Notes: a model not told the origin generated them from the letters alone. DNA of 64,000 nucleotides from an uncultured Pseudomonadota bacterium (GCA_964568625.1 CAZMQG010000002.1:9237-73236), one strand, 5' to 3'; positions 1-9,286 are shown, counted from the stretch's first letter. A program made the numbers and translations.

Positions 1-321
1 GCTCCATTTTTTTCAAGGTTTGGGTCAGGAGTGGCTCATTTGCTTGGCCCTACTGGGGGATACCTGATTGGATTTGCTGTAGCAATGCTACTAATGGTAT
101 TTTTGCGTGATTTTAAGCCGGCATCTAAAATTTGGTTGTTGATTAGCTACTGGTTTTGCTGTATTTTGTACTATACGTTTGGGTTGCTTCAGTTGAGCTG
201 TTTTGTGCCATCAAACAAAATTTTGGCGCTAGGATTGTATCCATTTATTCTTGGTGATTTTGTAATCAAAGCAATTTTCATCTTAATTTTGACAACAGCA
301 TTTTGGCGCAGAAAATTATAG
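1..321 (+). CDS. bioY: BioY biotin transporter, 5'-truncated by window edge
   Basis: Frame 1 is open from base 1 (APFFSRFGSGVAHLLGPTGGYLIGF); GPTGGYLxGF is the BioY signature; hydrophobic helices follow. Confidence 0.85.
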   Translation, partial: APFFSRFGSGVAHLLGPTGGYLIGFAVAMLLMVFLRDFKPASKIWLLISYWFCCILYYTFGLLQLSCFVPSNKILALGLYPFILGDFVIKAIFILILTTAFWRRKL

Positions 322-326
322 TAATT

Positions 327-385
327 TAGATCCTGGATCAAGTCCCCGATTTATGTACAAGGTTTTGGTGGACGTGGCAGGATGA
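327..385 (-). repeat. 59-bp palindromic REP/RPE-like element, intergenic copy
   Basis: Reverse complement aligns without gaps to 59155-59213 at 40/59 identities (14/16 and 19/23 at the two ends). Confidence 0.75.
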
Positions 386-401
386 AAAAATAGGAAAGTT
401 T

Positions 402-1700
402 ATGTCTTCAAATAAAAATATGATATCCCCTTTTGTCGGTGTGCTTATATGTATAAACACCATGATTGGTGCCGGGCTTTTTATTAATGCCGCTACTCTT
501 GCCCAAAAAGCAGGGCCATGGGGATTTGTAGGATATATTGTATCGGCATTGCTTATGTTGCCATTAATTTTGAGCGTCAGTACGCTTGCGAAATTACATC
601 CTGTTTCAGGGGGATTATACGTTTTCAGTAAAAATTACATTGGTAATTGGGCTGGATTTTTTAGTGGATGGAGCTATTTTCTGGGTAAAACGGCAGCAGC
701 AGGTCTTTTGATGCATAAATTTGTTCAATTTTTTCAAGTACAATTTAGTTTTTTTAATCAATTCCCTACGTTGGCTCTTGATTATTTTGTTTTAATTTTT
801 TTAATATCAATTCATATTATTGGTGCAAGAATTGGGGGAAAACTTCAGTATTTATTTGTAACTCTTAAAATGTTGCCAATATTTTTTGTTTTTGTATTTG
901 GTTTTATTACATTTGATACGGCATTTTATCAATTTGATATAAGCGATTTTTCAAGCCTATTTTTAATTATTCCGGTATGCGTTTTTGCATCAACGGGATT
1001 TGAAATTATTTGCTCGGTTGGGCACTTAATTACAGATTCTTCGAAAAATATCAAAAGTGTTATTTTGATTGCGTTTGGTATTGTTGTGTGTATAAATACA
1101 ATATTTCAAGGGGTTATTTTTGGGGCTCTGGGATGGGCAATATCAAGTTCAGGAATTCCAATTTTGCCATTGGCTCAAAAGGCTATCCCAACATATGAAA
1201 TTATCGGAAGAATATTAAATGGCTCTGTTTATGCAGCTATTTTGGGAGCCTGTTTTTCGATATTTACTGCAAATTGCTGGAACTTGTTTACATTAGCAGA
1301 AAATAACCATCTTCCGTTTAAAAATATTCTTACAAAGCTTTCAACAAAGCAGATCCCATGGGTTGCTTTAATTGTTGAAGGTTTTATAACAGCAATCATA
1401 TTGGCAATCACAAGTGCACAGTTGCCGTTGATGAATGTGGCGGTTTTTTCGCAGCTTATTGCTATGCTTCTTAGTGCAGTTGCAGCATTTTATGCTGCCA
1501 AATCTACTATTGATTTTGGATTAAGTCGATGGGTACCTATTTTAGGAATTTGTACTGCATCTTATATTTTATTTGTGTCGTTGTTTAATATTATAAAATT
1601 TGGAATATCATTTTCTTTTTTATCAATATTCTTAATTGGAATTGCAGCGGCAATAATTAAAATGGTGCCACGCAAGTGTGACACCAATAAAATTTCTTAG
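402..1700 (+). CDS. APC-superfamily amino acid permease
   Basis: 432 aa, about 12 hydrophobic segments, TMIGAGLF in TM1, HPVSGGLYVF, GFE motif in TM6. Confidence 0.88.
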   Translation: MSSNKNMISPFVGVLICINTMIGAGLFINAATLAQKAGPWGFVGYIVSALLMLPLILSVSTLAKLHPVSGGLYVFSKNYIGNWAGFFSGWSYFLGKTAAAGLLMHKFVQFFQVQFSFFNQFPTLALDYFVLIFLISIHIIGARIGGKLQYLFVTLKMLPIFFVFVFGFITFDTAFYQFDISDFSSLFLIIPVCVFASTGFEIICSVGHLITDSSKNIKSVILIAFGIVVCINTIFQGVIFGALGWAISSSGIPILPLAQKAIPTYEIIGRILNGSVYAAILGACFSIFTANCWNLFTLAENNHLPFKNILTKLSTKQIPWVALIVEGFITAIILAITSAQLPLMNVAVFSQLIAMLLSAVAAFYAAKSTIDFGLSRWVPILGICTASYILFVSLFNIIKFGISFSFLSIFLIGIAAAIIKMVPRKCDTNKIS

Positions 1701-1717
1701 TATTTTAAAAAATAGTA

Positions 1718-2611
1718 CTAGTCGTTTCTAACTCTTCTTTTCTTAGATTTAGACTCACGTTTTGTTGGAGCTTTTCGTTTTAGAGAAGTTGTTTTTGTTT
1801 TTTCAGTAGGTAGTGTGGATGCTGTTCGGAGTCTTACCGTAGGAAGATAAAGATCTCTGAGTAAGGAAAAGCTGAACATATGCAAAACATCTGCAGGTAC
1901 TATTGTTTCAGGATTTTTTGCTTCATAATAATATCCTGCATAAATTTTTGCCAAATCCTGTGCGGTGTCCATAATTACGCCTGCTTTAGGTTTATTTTGT
2001 GCAGGAGTATTTTTGTAAATATGGCTATAGATTTTTTTATATCCGTCGCTAATTCCCTGAGTCTCTAAAATTTCATCTGCCATTTTTATAATAAGAACCA
2101 ATCTGTCTTTTAATGCAGGTATGATAAAACTTTTTAAAAATTCGACAGGAACTTTTTTTGATGTTTCTATTCTTTTACTTGTTAGTATTTTCCACGTATT
2201 ACAAAATTGTGCCAGATTTTTTCTAATATAACCTTCAACGCTGTCTGTAGAGTTATTTTTTGATGTTGATGTGTCTTCAGGATTTAGAAGTACGGTTCCT
2301 GCTTTTAGCTCAGTTTTTTGTTTGATGATGTTTGCCAGAAGGTGTGCTGTGATTGTATCTTGAATTATGCCTGATATAAGTTTTTCAAAAAGAAACTCGC
2401 GAGTTTCGGGTTTTGCATAAGATTTTTTGCTGCTGAGTTCTTTAGTGATCCAGTTGGAAACTTCTTGTTTTAAATCTTTATCTTGTCTCATTTCCAACAT
2501 TAATTCTCCCCAGGTGAGAGTTTCGTCCGGTTGAACTGTTGCGGCATTAACGCATGGATTAAATAAACCCAGCGTCAATATTGATAACGAGAGGATTTGA
2601 ACTCTTTTCAT
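1718..2611 (-). CDS. Secreted hypothetical protein with basic NLS-like C-terminus
   Basis: 297-aa ORF; Sec-type signal peptide ending VNA; C-terminus KRKAPTKRESKSKKRRVRND; shares GIIxDTxxAHLLA motif with neighbour. Confidence 0.7.
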   Translation of the reverse strand: MKRVQILSLSILTLGLFNPCVNAATVQPDETLTWGELMLEMRQDKDLKQEVSNWITKELSSKKSYAKPETREFLFEKLISGIIQDTITAHLLANIIKQKTELKAGTVLLNPEDTSTSKNNSTDSVEGYIRKNLAQFCNTWKILTSKRIETSKKVPVEFLKSFIIPALKDRLVLIIKMADEILETQGISDGYKKIYSHIYKNTPAQNKPKAGVIMDTAQDLAKIYAGYYYEAKNPETIVPADVLHMFSFSLLRDLYLPTVRLRTASTLPTEKTKTTSLKRKAPTKRESKSKKRRVRND

Positions 2612-2656
2612 AATAAGTCCTTTCCTTTTTCCATTTTTTAACAGACTACCAACACT

Positions 2657-4990
2657 TTATAAACGCGATTTTAAACTTTCTAATTTTTGATTTAATTGAT
2701 TTAGTTTAGTTTTTAATTCAGTCAGGTTATTACGAAGTTGGAGAAGGGCTCCCTGAAGTTTTTCGCTTGGGTGCATCTCTATGGTGGGTTTAGCTGCAAA
2801 TAAGTCTTTTAATGCATCAGGAATATTTATTTGTCCAGGTATAGGTTTAGTAATTGGTTTACTATGGAGCTCGGATTGTGCATATTTCCCTCTGTATTGC
2901 TGAATTACTTTTGTGAAATTTTCATATAACATTGGGGCATATTTTTCTTGTTTCATTTTCTCAGATAACCCAGATTGTGCTCTTTGAGTGATTGAATAAT
3001 AAATTATGCTGTGAATGTAAACTTGATGCATTGTGATAAGGAATTTGGCAAGTTCTATGTCTATAAAGTATTTTGAATCGGAATTAAAAAGATCAAGTAA
3101 TTTGGCAAGGGCATCGTCTTTAAGTCCTAATGATGTGGGAATTGTACGCATGTATAAGTCTCGATTTTCATATATATACCAACTTTGGATTTTGTTTGAT
3201 AGATATTCGTTCAAAATTCTTTGGGCAAAAAATTCTCCTAATGTTTCAATTACTTCTAATTTACTTTTAAATTTGGTGTCAATTTGTGCTTGCATAACAG
3301 GTCTTAATTGCTCGGGTATTTCACTTAGTATTCTTGCATACAAAGCCTTTTTGTCCTGTTCGCTAAGATATGGATTTAGTAGATTTTGATAAATGCATGA
3401 TTCTATTGCGCTTAAAATCGCTTTTTCATTTCCCTTTGTCGATTTGATTTTTGTTCTCAATTTTTCCTGGATAATTTCCTTACTTTCAGGTTTAAATATA
3501 TTAAAAAAGGCAAGAATGTCTTTTTCACCATCTACTGTTCCTACGATTTCTCCGGTTATTTTCAGTATTAAATCAATTCTTTTTGACAAATAAACTCGAA
3601 GGTCTTCCATTGATGTGGACGCAATATCTCTTCCTGAAGAATCTTTTGTTAAGAAAAAATTTCTGAAAATTGATATGAAATTTTTCCAGAATTCTTGTGA
3701 ATGATCTTTGTAATAATCTGATTTAGCCTTAAAATATGTTTCGTATGACTGGCCGAGAATTTTTTTTGATTCTGGGTCATGCCAATTCCAGTCATAAAAA
3801 AGTATTAGAAATGTTGTCCATGATTCAGTTAGGGGTTCTAGTTTTTCTTGAATTTTGTTTTTTAAGCTGTTTAAAAACACTTCCATGTTTATTGGGTTTT
3901 CCAATACTTCATTTAAGCTTATTTCTTTACCACTTATTTTTTTTGCTTTTACGCATTCTGCTAGTAAATGAGCGATCAGTGTATCTGAGATAATGCCTTG
4001 AATGAATATTTTTAGAGCTTCAGATGTTGTTGGAGCTGCTATATGTTTTAGTCTTTCTTTTGCATCATTTGGGTACTGGAATTGAAAAGTTGTATTGCTT
4101 GATATTTCTATTAATTTATCTTGAATTATAGGTTTTAATTTGTTGAGTTCATCTGAAATTTCTCCATTCTTACAGGATCCTTTTTTTTCGTATTCATAAA
4201 AGTCTTCTAAAAAAGCTCTCCAAGATATTTCATGAGGCATTTTTATTTTATAATATGCTCTTATTTCGATTGGCTGTGGTTTTTCATCTAAACCAAGTTC
4301 AGAAAGTGTACTTGAGTAATCAGATATTTCTTTAAAACTTATTTTTGTAACTTCAGTTTGATCCGCAATCCCTAATTTTTTAAGGATCTCAAATCTTAAC
4401 GTTCCAATTGTTTTATTCGAAGGGATTAAAAAATTGTCAGGGATTTCTACATTGTCCAATATAACTTTAAAAGAGATGGGCTGAGGTTGAATGATGGTTA
4501 GTTCTAATGTTTTTTTATTGAATTTTACAAGTGTTTGATTGGTGCTTAATTTTTTCCCTGCAAGTGTTAATTTTTGTTCAAAATTTTTATGACCTGTGAC
4601 TCTTGAAATTAGATTTTTTAAATCTAATATTGTAATACTTGGACTTACTAAAAATTCTGCATGCGTTTTGCTTGGTAATTCTATTGTAATTATGATTTCA
4701 GTTGTTTTATTTTTGGGATATACCCAACCATTTTCAGTTTCGACGACGAAAATAGAATTTTCTTTTTTCAAATCTCCAATAAATTCTATTTTTACGGGGT
4801 CTTTTATTTTGAGTTCTTTTTTTATTGCTTGGGCAATAATATCTTGGTCTAACTTTTCGAAATTTACGTGAATTTTCCCGATTACGTGGCTATCGTTATT
4901 ATGATCTACCAGATACACCAGAGTTCCAAAACTATTTTGTATAAGCAAAAATAGAAATATAACTGAAATCACAATTGATTTTAACTTCAT
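2657..4990 (-). CDS. Secreted hypothetical protein with tandem ubiquitin-like domains and C-terminal coiled coil
   Basis: Start moved to ATG 4990 (AGGAGAG upstream); signal peptide; VSPSITILDLKNLISRVTGHKNFEQKLTLAGKKLSTNQTL resembles ubiquitin; heptad tail. Confidence 0.7.
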   Translation of the reverse strand: MKLKSIVISVIFLFLLIQNSFGTLVYLVDHNNDSHVIGKIHVNFEKLDQDIIAQAIKKELKIKDPVKIEFIGDLKKENSIFVVETENGWVYPKNKTTEIIITIELPSKTHAEFLVSPSITILDLKNLISRVTGHKNFEQKLTLAGKKLSTNQTLVKFNKKTLELTIIQPQPISFKVILDNVEIPDNFLIPSNKTIGTLRFEILKKLGIADQTEVTKISFKEISDYSSTLSELGLDEKPQPIEIRAYYKIKMPHEISWRAFLEDFYEYEKKGSCKNGEISDELNKLKPIIQDKLIEISSNTTFQFQYPNDAKERLKHIAAPTTSEALKIFIQGIISDTLIAHLLAECVKAKKISGKEISLNEVLENPINMEVFLNSLKNKIQEKLEPLTESWTTFLILFYDWNWHDPESKKILGQSYETYFKAKSDYYKDHSQEFWKNFISIFRNFFLTKDSSGRDIASTSMEDLRVYLSKRIDLILKITGEIVGTVDGEKDILAFFNIFKPESKEIIQEKLRTKIKSTKGNEKAILSAIESCIYQNLLNPYLSEQDKKALYARILSEIPEQLRPVMQAQIDTKFKSKLEVIETLGEFFAQRILNEYLSNKIQSWYIYENRDLYMRTIPTSLGLKDDALAKLLDLFNSDSKYFIDIELAKFLITMHQVYIHSIIYYSITQRAQSGLSEKMKQEKYAPMLYENFTKVIQQYRGKYAQSELHSKPITKPIPGQINIPDALKDLFAAKPTIEMHPSEKLQGALLQLRNNLTELKTKLNQLNQKLESLKSRL

Positions 4991-5014
4991 CACAACTCTC
5001 CTTTTCACAAACAT

Positions 5015-6655
5015 TTAAAACTCTATTTTTTCTCCGGTCATTTCTTTAGGTTGTTGTAACCCTATAAAATTTAATATAGTCGGTGCAATACTTGAGATGC
5101 CAAATTTTGGTTTGATTGACCAGCTCTCTTCTTGCTTGCTTTGCATATCTTTTGATACAAGAATAAAAGGCACCGGATTTTGGGTATGTGCCGTAAGAGG
5201 GGTGCCGGTTACAGGATCTATCTTTTCTTCGGCATTACCGTGATCCGCTGCAATAAACATTGTCCCATTCATTTTTTCAACAACAACTTTGTACAGTTGT
5301 TCAAGTTGCTTGTCCAAGTATTCACAGGCCTTAACCGTTGCATTAAAATCTCCGGAGTGGCCAACCATGTCGGCGTTGGCATAATTAATCAGATAAAAAT
5401 CTGCTGGTTCTGTCTTTAACGAGTTTAAAACAGTTTCTGTTATTTCGTTTGCACGCATTTCAGGAGAATTGATATAGTTTTCGGTTTTGATGGATGGAAT
5501 TAAAACCCGTGTTTCATTTGGTGCTTGGTGATCTTGCATTCCGTGGAAAAAGTAGGTTACGTGGGCATATTTTTCAGTTTCAGCGATTATAAATATTTTG
5601 CGGATTTTATTATCAGGGGTTGTTTTTTCTGCCAGTACGTCCAGTATGGTGTTTGTTATCTTTTCGCGTTCAAATAAAACGTCATTGTTAAATTTTGTAA
5701 AATCTTGATTATACCTGGTTGGTGTTATGAAGAATGCAAGTTCGTGATTTGTGCTACACAGCTTTTGCACTTTGAATTTGTCGAAATTTGGGTTAATAAA
5801 GCTTTCTGTTATTTGTTGTGCGCGGTCAGGTCGGAAATTGAAAAACACAATTCCATCGCCGAATTTAATAAAGCCATTTGGCTCAATAAGTGTAGGCTTG
5901 ACGAATTCGTCAGTTATCCCTGCAGTATATGCCCGGTTGATAATAGTTTGCCAAGTGGTGGACGTAGAAAATTGAATTGCAGAGTTGCTCTGGAATTGTT
6001 GAAGGTGGTCTTTAACATGAACCGCTGGGTTTGAGCCAATTAGCATATCATAATATTGCTTAGTTCTATCCCAATTATTATCTCGGTCCATGGCATAAAA
6101 TCGACCTGCTACGCTTGCAATTTTGCCACAGTTTAGCTTTTTACATTCGTCTTCTAAGCTATTGAGATAAATTGAAGCGCTTTTGGGTGCTACATCTCTA
6201 CCGTCAAGAATTACGTGTATAAATACATTAGTAAGCCCAGATTTTTTTGCCAATTTTAAAAAGGCGTATAGGTGAGACTCGTGGCTATGTACTCCCCCGT
6301 CTGAGAGTAGGCCTATAAGATGAAGTGCTTTATCTGTCTTTTTTATTTTATTAAAATTGTTTATTAACATTTTATTTTCAAAGAAATCACCGGATGTAAT
6401 TTCATCATGAAATTTTTTAAGAGCAGATTCAACAACGCGACCGGAGCCTATTGTTAGGTGGCCGACTTCCGAGTTTCCGATGTATCCTGGGGGCAACCCA
6501 ACATATTCGCCTGAGGCATTCAGCAGAGTGTGTGGGTAATTTTGTGTTATCCAATTCCAAAAAGGCATTTTGGCATGCGCTACCGCATTACCTTGCGATT
6601 TGAGGCTGTGGCCGAACCCGTCAAGAATTACAAGCATTATTGGGGATTTATTCAT
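5015..6655 (-). CDS. gpmI: 2,3-bisphosphoglycerate-independent phosphoglycerate mutase
   Basis: ILDGFG, GNSEVGH, LSDGGVHSH, GRFYAMDRDNNWDR, AETEKYAHVTYFF, NADMVGHSG, ADHGNAE motifs. Confidence 0.97.
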   Translation of the reverse strand: MNKSPIMLVILDGFGHSLKSQGNAVAHAKMPFWNWITQNYPHTLLNASGEYVGLPPGYIGNSEVGHLTIGSGRVVESALKKFHDEITSGDFFENKMLINNFNKIKKTDKALHLIGLLSDGGVHSHESHLYAFLKLAKKSGLTNVFIHVILDGRDVAPKSASIYLNSLEDECKKLNCGKIASVAGRFYAMDRDNNWDRTKQYYDMLIGSNPAVHVKDHLQQFQSNSAIQFSTSTTWQTIINRAYTAGITDEFVKPTLIEPNGFIKFGDGIVFFNFRPDRAQQITESFINPNFDKFKVQKLCSTNHELAFFITPTRYNQDFTKFNNDVLFEREKITNTILDVLAEKTTPDNKIRKIFIIAETEKYAHVTYFFHGMQDHQAPNETRVLIPSIKTENYINSPEMRANEITETVLNSLKTEPADFYLINYANADMVGHSGDFNATVKACEYLDKQLEQLYKVVVEKMNGTMFIAADHGNAEEKIDPVTGTPLTAHTQNPVPFILVSKDMQSKQEESWSIKPKFGISSIAPTILNFIGLQQPKEMTGEKIEF

Positions 6656-6779
6656 GGTAAATCACTTTAATTTTGATATATTTTCAAAAAACTTATTTTT
6701 ACGTTACAATGCATCTTATACTTAAACTTAAATTATGTTTGAATTTTAAAAATTGTTATTTTTTAAAAAGGGTAACACT

Positions 6780-7208
6780 ATGAAGCGTTATTTGGCAATA
6801 TTATGCAGCAGTATTTTTCTTTTTTCTTCCTTGGGTTTTGGTTTTATGCATGCTGTTGACCAGAGTGAGTCAGAGTGCGTTTTACAGAATTCTGTTGATA
6901 AATTGGCTGAAGATATATCTTCAGGTGCTGTTTCTGTAGAAGAAGTTTCCTTGAGTGATATTTCTGTAGATGATATTGATTTGGTCGAAAAAGATTATTC
7001 TCTTAAAGATCTGACGTTTGGGGATAAATTACAGTTGCTGTGGTTTGCAATAACAACCGGTGAACTTAAAAATATGGTAATAAAACACGTTTCAACAAAT
7101 AAACGTAAATATATATGTGGTGCGGCAGCAAGTGCAGCAGTTTTGGCGGTAGTGACTGCATATTATTTAACTCAAAAAAATCAAAAGGTTCTTGCCCCTA
7201 AAAATTAA
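6780..7208 (+). CDS. Hypothetical exported protein with C-terminal hydrophobic anchor
   Basis: ATG at 6780 (MKRYLAIL...) gives a signal peptide; acidic middle; C-terminal GAAASAAVLAVVTAYYL followed by a basic tail. Confidence 0.6.
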   Translation: MKRYLAILCSSIFLFSSLGFGFMHAVDQSESECVLQNSVDKLAEDISSGAVSVEEVSLSDISVDDIDLVEKDYSLKDLTFGDKLQLLWFAITTGELKNMVIKHVSTNKRKYICGAAASAAVLAVVTAYYLTQKNQKVLAPKN

Positions 7209-7210
7209 GT

Positions 7211-8017
7211 ATGAATGAACGGCATCTTTTTACTTTATTTTGTAAAGATTTATCACAATTTATCTCGGGCAGAGTGGGGTGTCAGGTTGAAATTTCTGAC
7301 CGTGATTTATGGCAGAGAATTACCAAAGTTTTGCGCTTGAGAGCCGGAGAGAATATACTGTTATTTGATGAGAATGTTCATGCTGATGTTATTGTTTTGG
7401 AAAAAACATTTGCGAAAAAAGAGCTTGTGGTCTTATTTATCGAATCTGTAAATTCTAACCAACCGCTCAAGCCGAATATAACGTTGATGCCATGTCTTTT
7501 AAAAAAAGATGCGTTTGAAGATATAATATATGCAGCTGCTCAAATGGGTGTTAATAAAATCATTCCGATTTTATCAGATAAAGTGCAACGTTCATGGGGG
7601 GAAAAAAAAGAGCGTGAGCGACTGTTTAATATAATGGTGGCTGCATGTGAGCAGTCGAAAAACTTTTTTTTACCTGAAATTTGTGAACCTGTTAAAATTC
7701 AGGATATTACAAGACAGCTATCTGGAGATTCTATATCTCAGATACGAACATCCGAAAATATACCAAGTCTAAAAATTTATTTTGATCAAAGCGGGGCATC
7801 TTTTGTTGATTTACTTAAAAAAATTAAAGAAAACAATGCCCAAAAGAATTATGACTTGGATATTGTTCTGTTCTTTGGCCCTGAAGGGGGCTTAACTACC
7901 CAGGAAGAAAAGCTTTTATCTGACCTTCATTTTGAGACTTATGCTCTTACCCCTACAATATTGCGTGCACGCGAGGCCGTAATTGTTGGATTGGGTGGCG
8001 TAAGAAGTGCGAGATAA
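7211..8017 (+). CDS. rsmE: 16S rRNA m3U1498 methyltransferase
   Basis: KVLRLRAGE, QMGVNKIIP, AACEQS, FGPEGGLT, ILRAREA SPOUT motifs. Confidence 0.92.
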   Translation: MNERHLFTLFCKDLSQFISGRVGCQVEISDRDLWQRITKVLRLRAGENILLFDENVHADVIVLEKTFAKKELVVLFIESVNSNQPLKPNITLMPCLLKKDAFEDIIYAAAQMGVNKIIPILSDKVQRSWGEKKERERLFNIMVAACEQSKNFFLPEICEPVKIQDITRQLSGDSISQIRTSENIPSLKIYFDQSGASFVDLLKKIKENNAQKNYDLDIVLFFGPEGGLTTQEEKLLSDLHFETYALTPTILRAREAVIVGLGGVRSAR

Positions 8018-8021
8018 ATTT

Positions 8022-8123
8022 ATTCGCCGTCGCCAAAAAACCCCATGATTTATCAAGCATGTGTATGAATGGCGCGGTGAACCCGACGAAGCCTTGGCGA
8101 AGACGGGTTTGGCTATGACGAAT
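8022..8123. repeat. Composite palindromic element between convergent rsmE and tsaB
   Basis: Outer imperfect inverted repeat 8022-8036/8109-8123 (12/15); inner GC-rich hairpin aacccgacgaagccttggcgaagacgggtt at 8080-8109. Confidence 0.6.
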
Positions 8124-8128
8124 TTCGC

Positions 8129-8159
8129 GTGATACAACGGTCTTAAAGCCGTTGTACAC
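8129..8159. terminator. Stem-loop at the 3' ends of convergent genes (possible terminator or stabiliser)
   Basis: Perfect 8-bp stem tacaacgg/ccgttgta plus gtg/cac extension; no clear U-tract. Confidence 0.35.
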
Positions 8160-8160
8160 T

Positions 8161-8871
8161 TCATTTTCTGATCGCAAAGTACTGTGTTTTTAGATATAGT
8201 GGCGAAATCTGATTTTCTATATTTTCTTTTTTTAACCAACATTCGTATGCAATTTGGCCAATTACTTTGGCACTGGCAAGTAGTGGTTCATCAAGAATTA
8301 CTGCCTGATCTGAGAGTAAATGTTTGATATTGGTTTTATAAAGTTGGCTGCCCTGACCACAGAATAAAATTTTCTGATCTTTAAATTTTGATTTTATGTC
8401 ATCCAATAAAATATCTATATTTTGGCAACCCTGTGTTGATTCCAGTATGTTTTTGGCATCAGTTTTGGAAACTAAGAAGTAGGCTTCGTTGTTATAAGCG
8501 TTTAAGAGGGTCACAATATTTTGAATATTCGTATTTTTTGTATCTGATTTACTATCCAGTGCTTCTTTAGCAAGTGCATCAAGGCCACTGATTCCTATTA
8601 ATGGAATTTTATTATTAAAAGCAATACCATTTATGGTTGCTATTGTGACACGCAGTGATGTGAAGGCTCCGGGGCCTTTGTCGACAGCTATAAAAGATAA
8701 GTTTGTAAGTGATAAGTTATGTTTTTTTAAAAGAGAATCTAAAAACATGATCAGACTTGAACTAGCACGTACATCTAATTTTGTTAGAGAATCCAGGCAG
8801 ACCTGGTCCTGAAAGAGTGCGATATCAAGCTTATTGTGTGTTCCATGAATGCTGACAAATTTAAATGACAT
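8161..8871 (-). CDS. tsaB: tRNA threonylcarbamoyladenosine biosynthesis protein TsaB
   Basis: AVDKGPGAFTSLRVTIATINGIA matches the TsaB GPGSFTGLR motif; PLYLK at the C-terminus. Confidence 0.9.
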   Translation of the reverse strand: MSFKFVSIHGTHNKLDIALFQDQVCLDSLTKLDVRASSSLIMFLDSLLKKHNLSLTNLSFIAVDKGPGAFTSLRVTIATINGIAFNNKIPLIGISGLDALAKEALDSKSDTKNTNIQNIVTLLNAYNNEAYFLVSKTDAKNILESTQGCQNIDILLDDIKSKFKDQKILFCGQGSQLYKTNIKHLLSDQAVILDEPLLASAKVIGQIAYECWLKKENIENQISPLYLKTQYFAIRK

Positions 8872-8875
8872 AAAT

Positions 8876-9058
8876 TTATTCGTGTTGTTTTTTTAGCTTT
8901 TGGCGTTGGTAAAATAGACTGAAAGCGTCATCTTTTAATGTATTTTCTTTTTTTTCTATAATTTTACCACAATTTATACATTTCCATCCCTCGAAATTGA
9001 TGAAGTGATCAAAGAATGACTGAACAACCAGCAAACCTCCACATTTAGGACACTTCAT
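8876..9058 (-). CDS. Small zinc-ribbon protein
   Basis: MKCPKCGG...WKCINCG (two CxxC); AGGAG upstream; ends 4 bp before tsaB start. Confidence 0.75.
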   Translation of the reverse strand: MKCPKCGGLLVVQSFFDHFINFEGWKCINCGKIIEKKENTLKDDAFSLFYQRQKLKKQHE

Positions 9059-9286
9059 GCAATCTCCTCTTTTTCTAGGTTTTTGCTCTAATTATCTTGA
9101 AGTTTAAATTTAAGACAATCAGACATGATAAACCCTTCTCTATTCTTTATGGTAGCATAATAACGATTAATGTCCTAAGCATTTTTTAAAAAATTAAAAA
9201 TTGTCGTATTTGCGCTTATAAACATGGTTTAATTCAAAAAACCTATTTTTAAACAAAATCATATTTTTTGTTAAATTTGCAGGGTG

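Noticed and set aside
5975-5997. Hairpin inside an apparent loop insertion of gpmI (and a similar one at 7719-7744 in rsmE) as further coding palindromic elements
   Set aside because: The stems are only 9 bp and AT-rich, with no convincing match to the 59-bp element
7916-8242. ORFs 7916-8242 and 7953-8177 crossing the rsmE/tsaB gap
   Set aside because: They overlap both flanking genes; the open frames are explained by the GC-rich palindromic element
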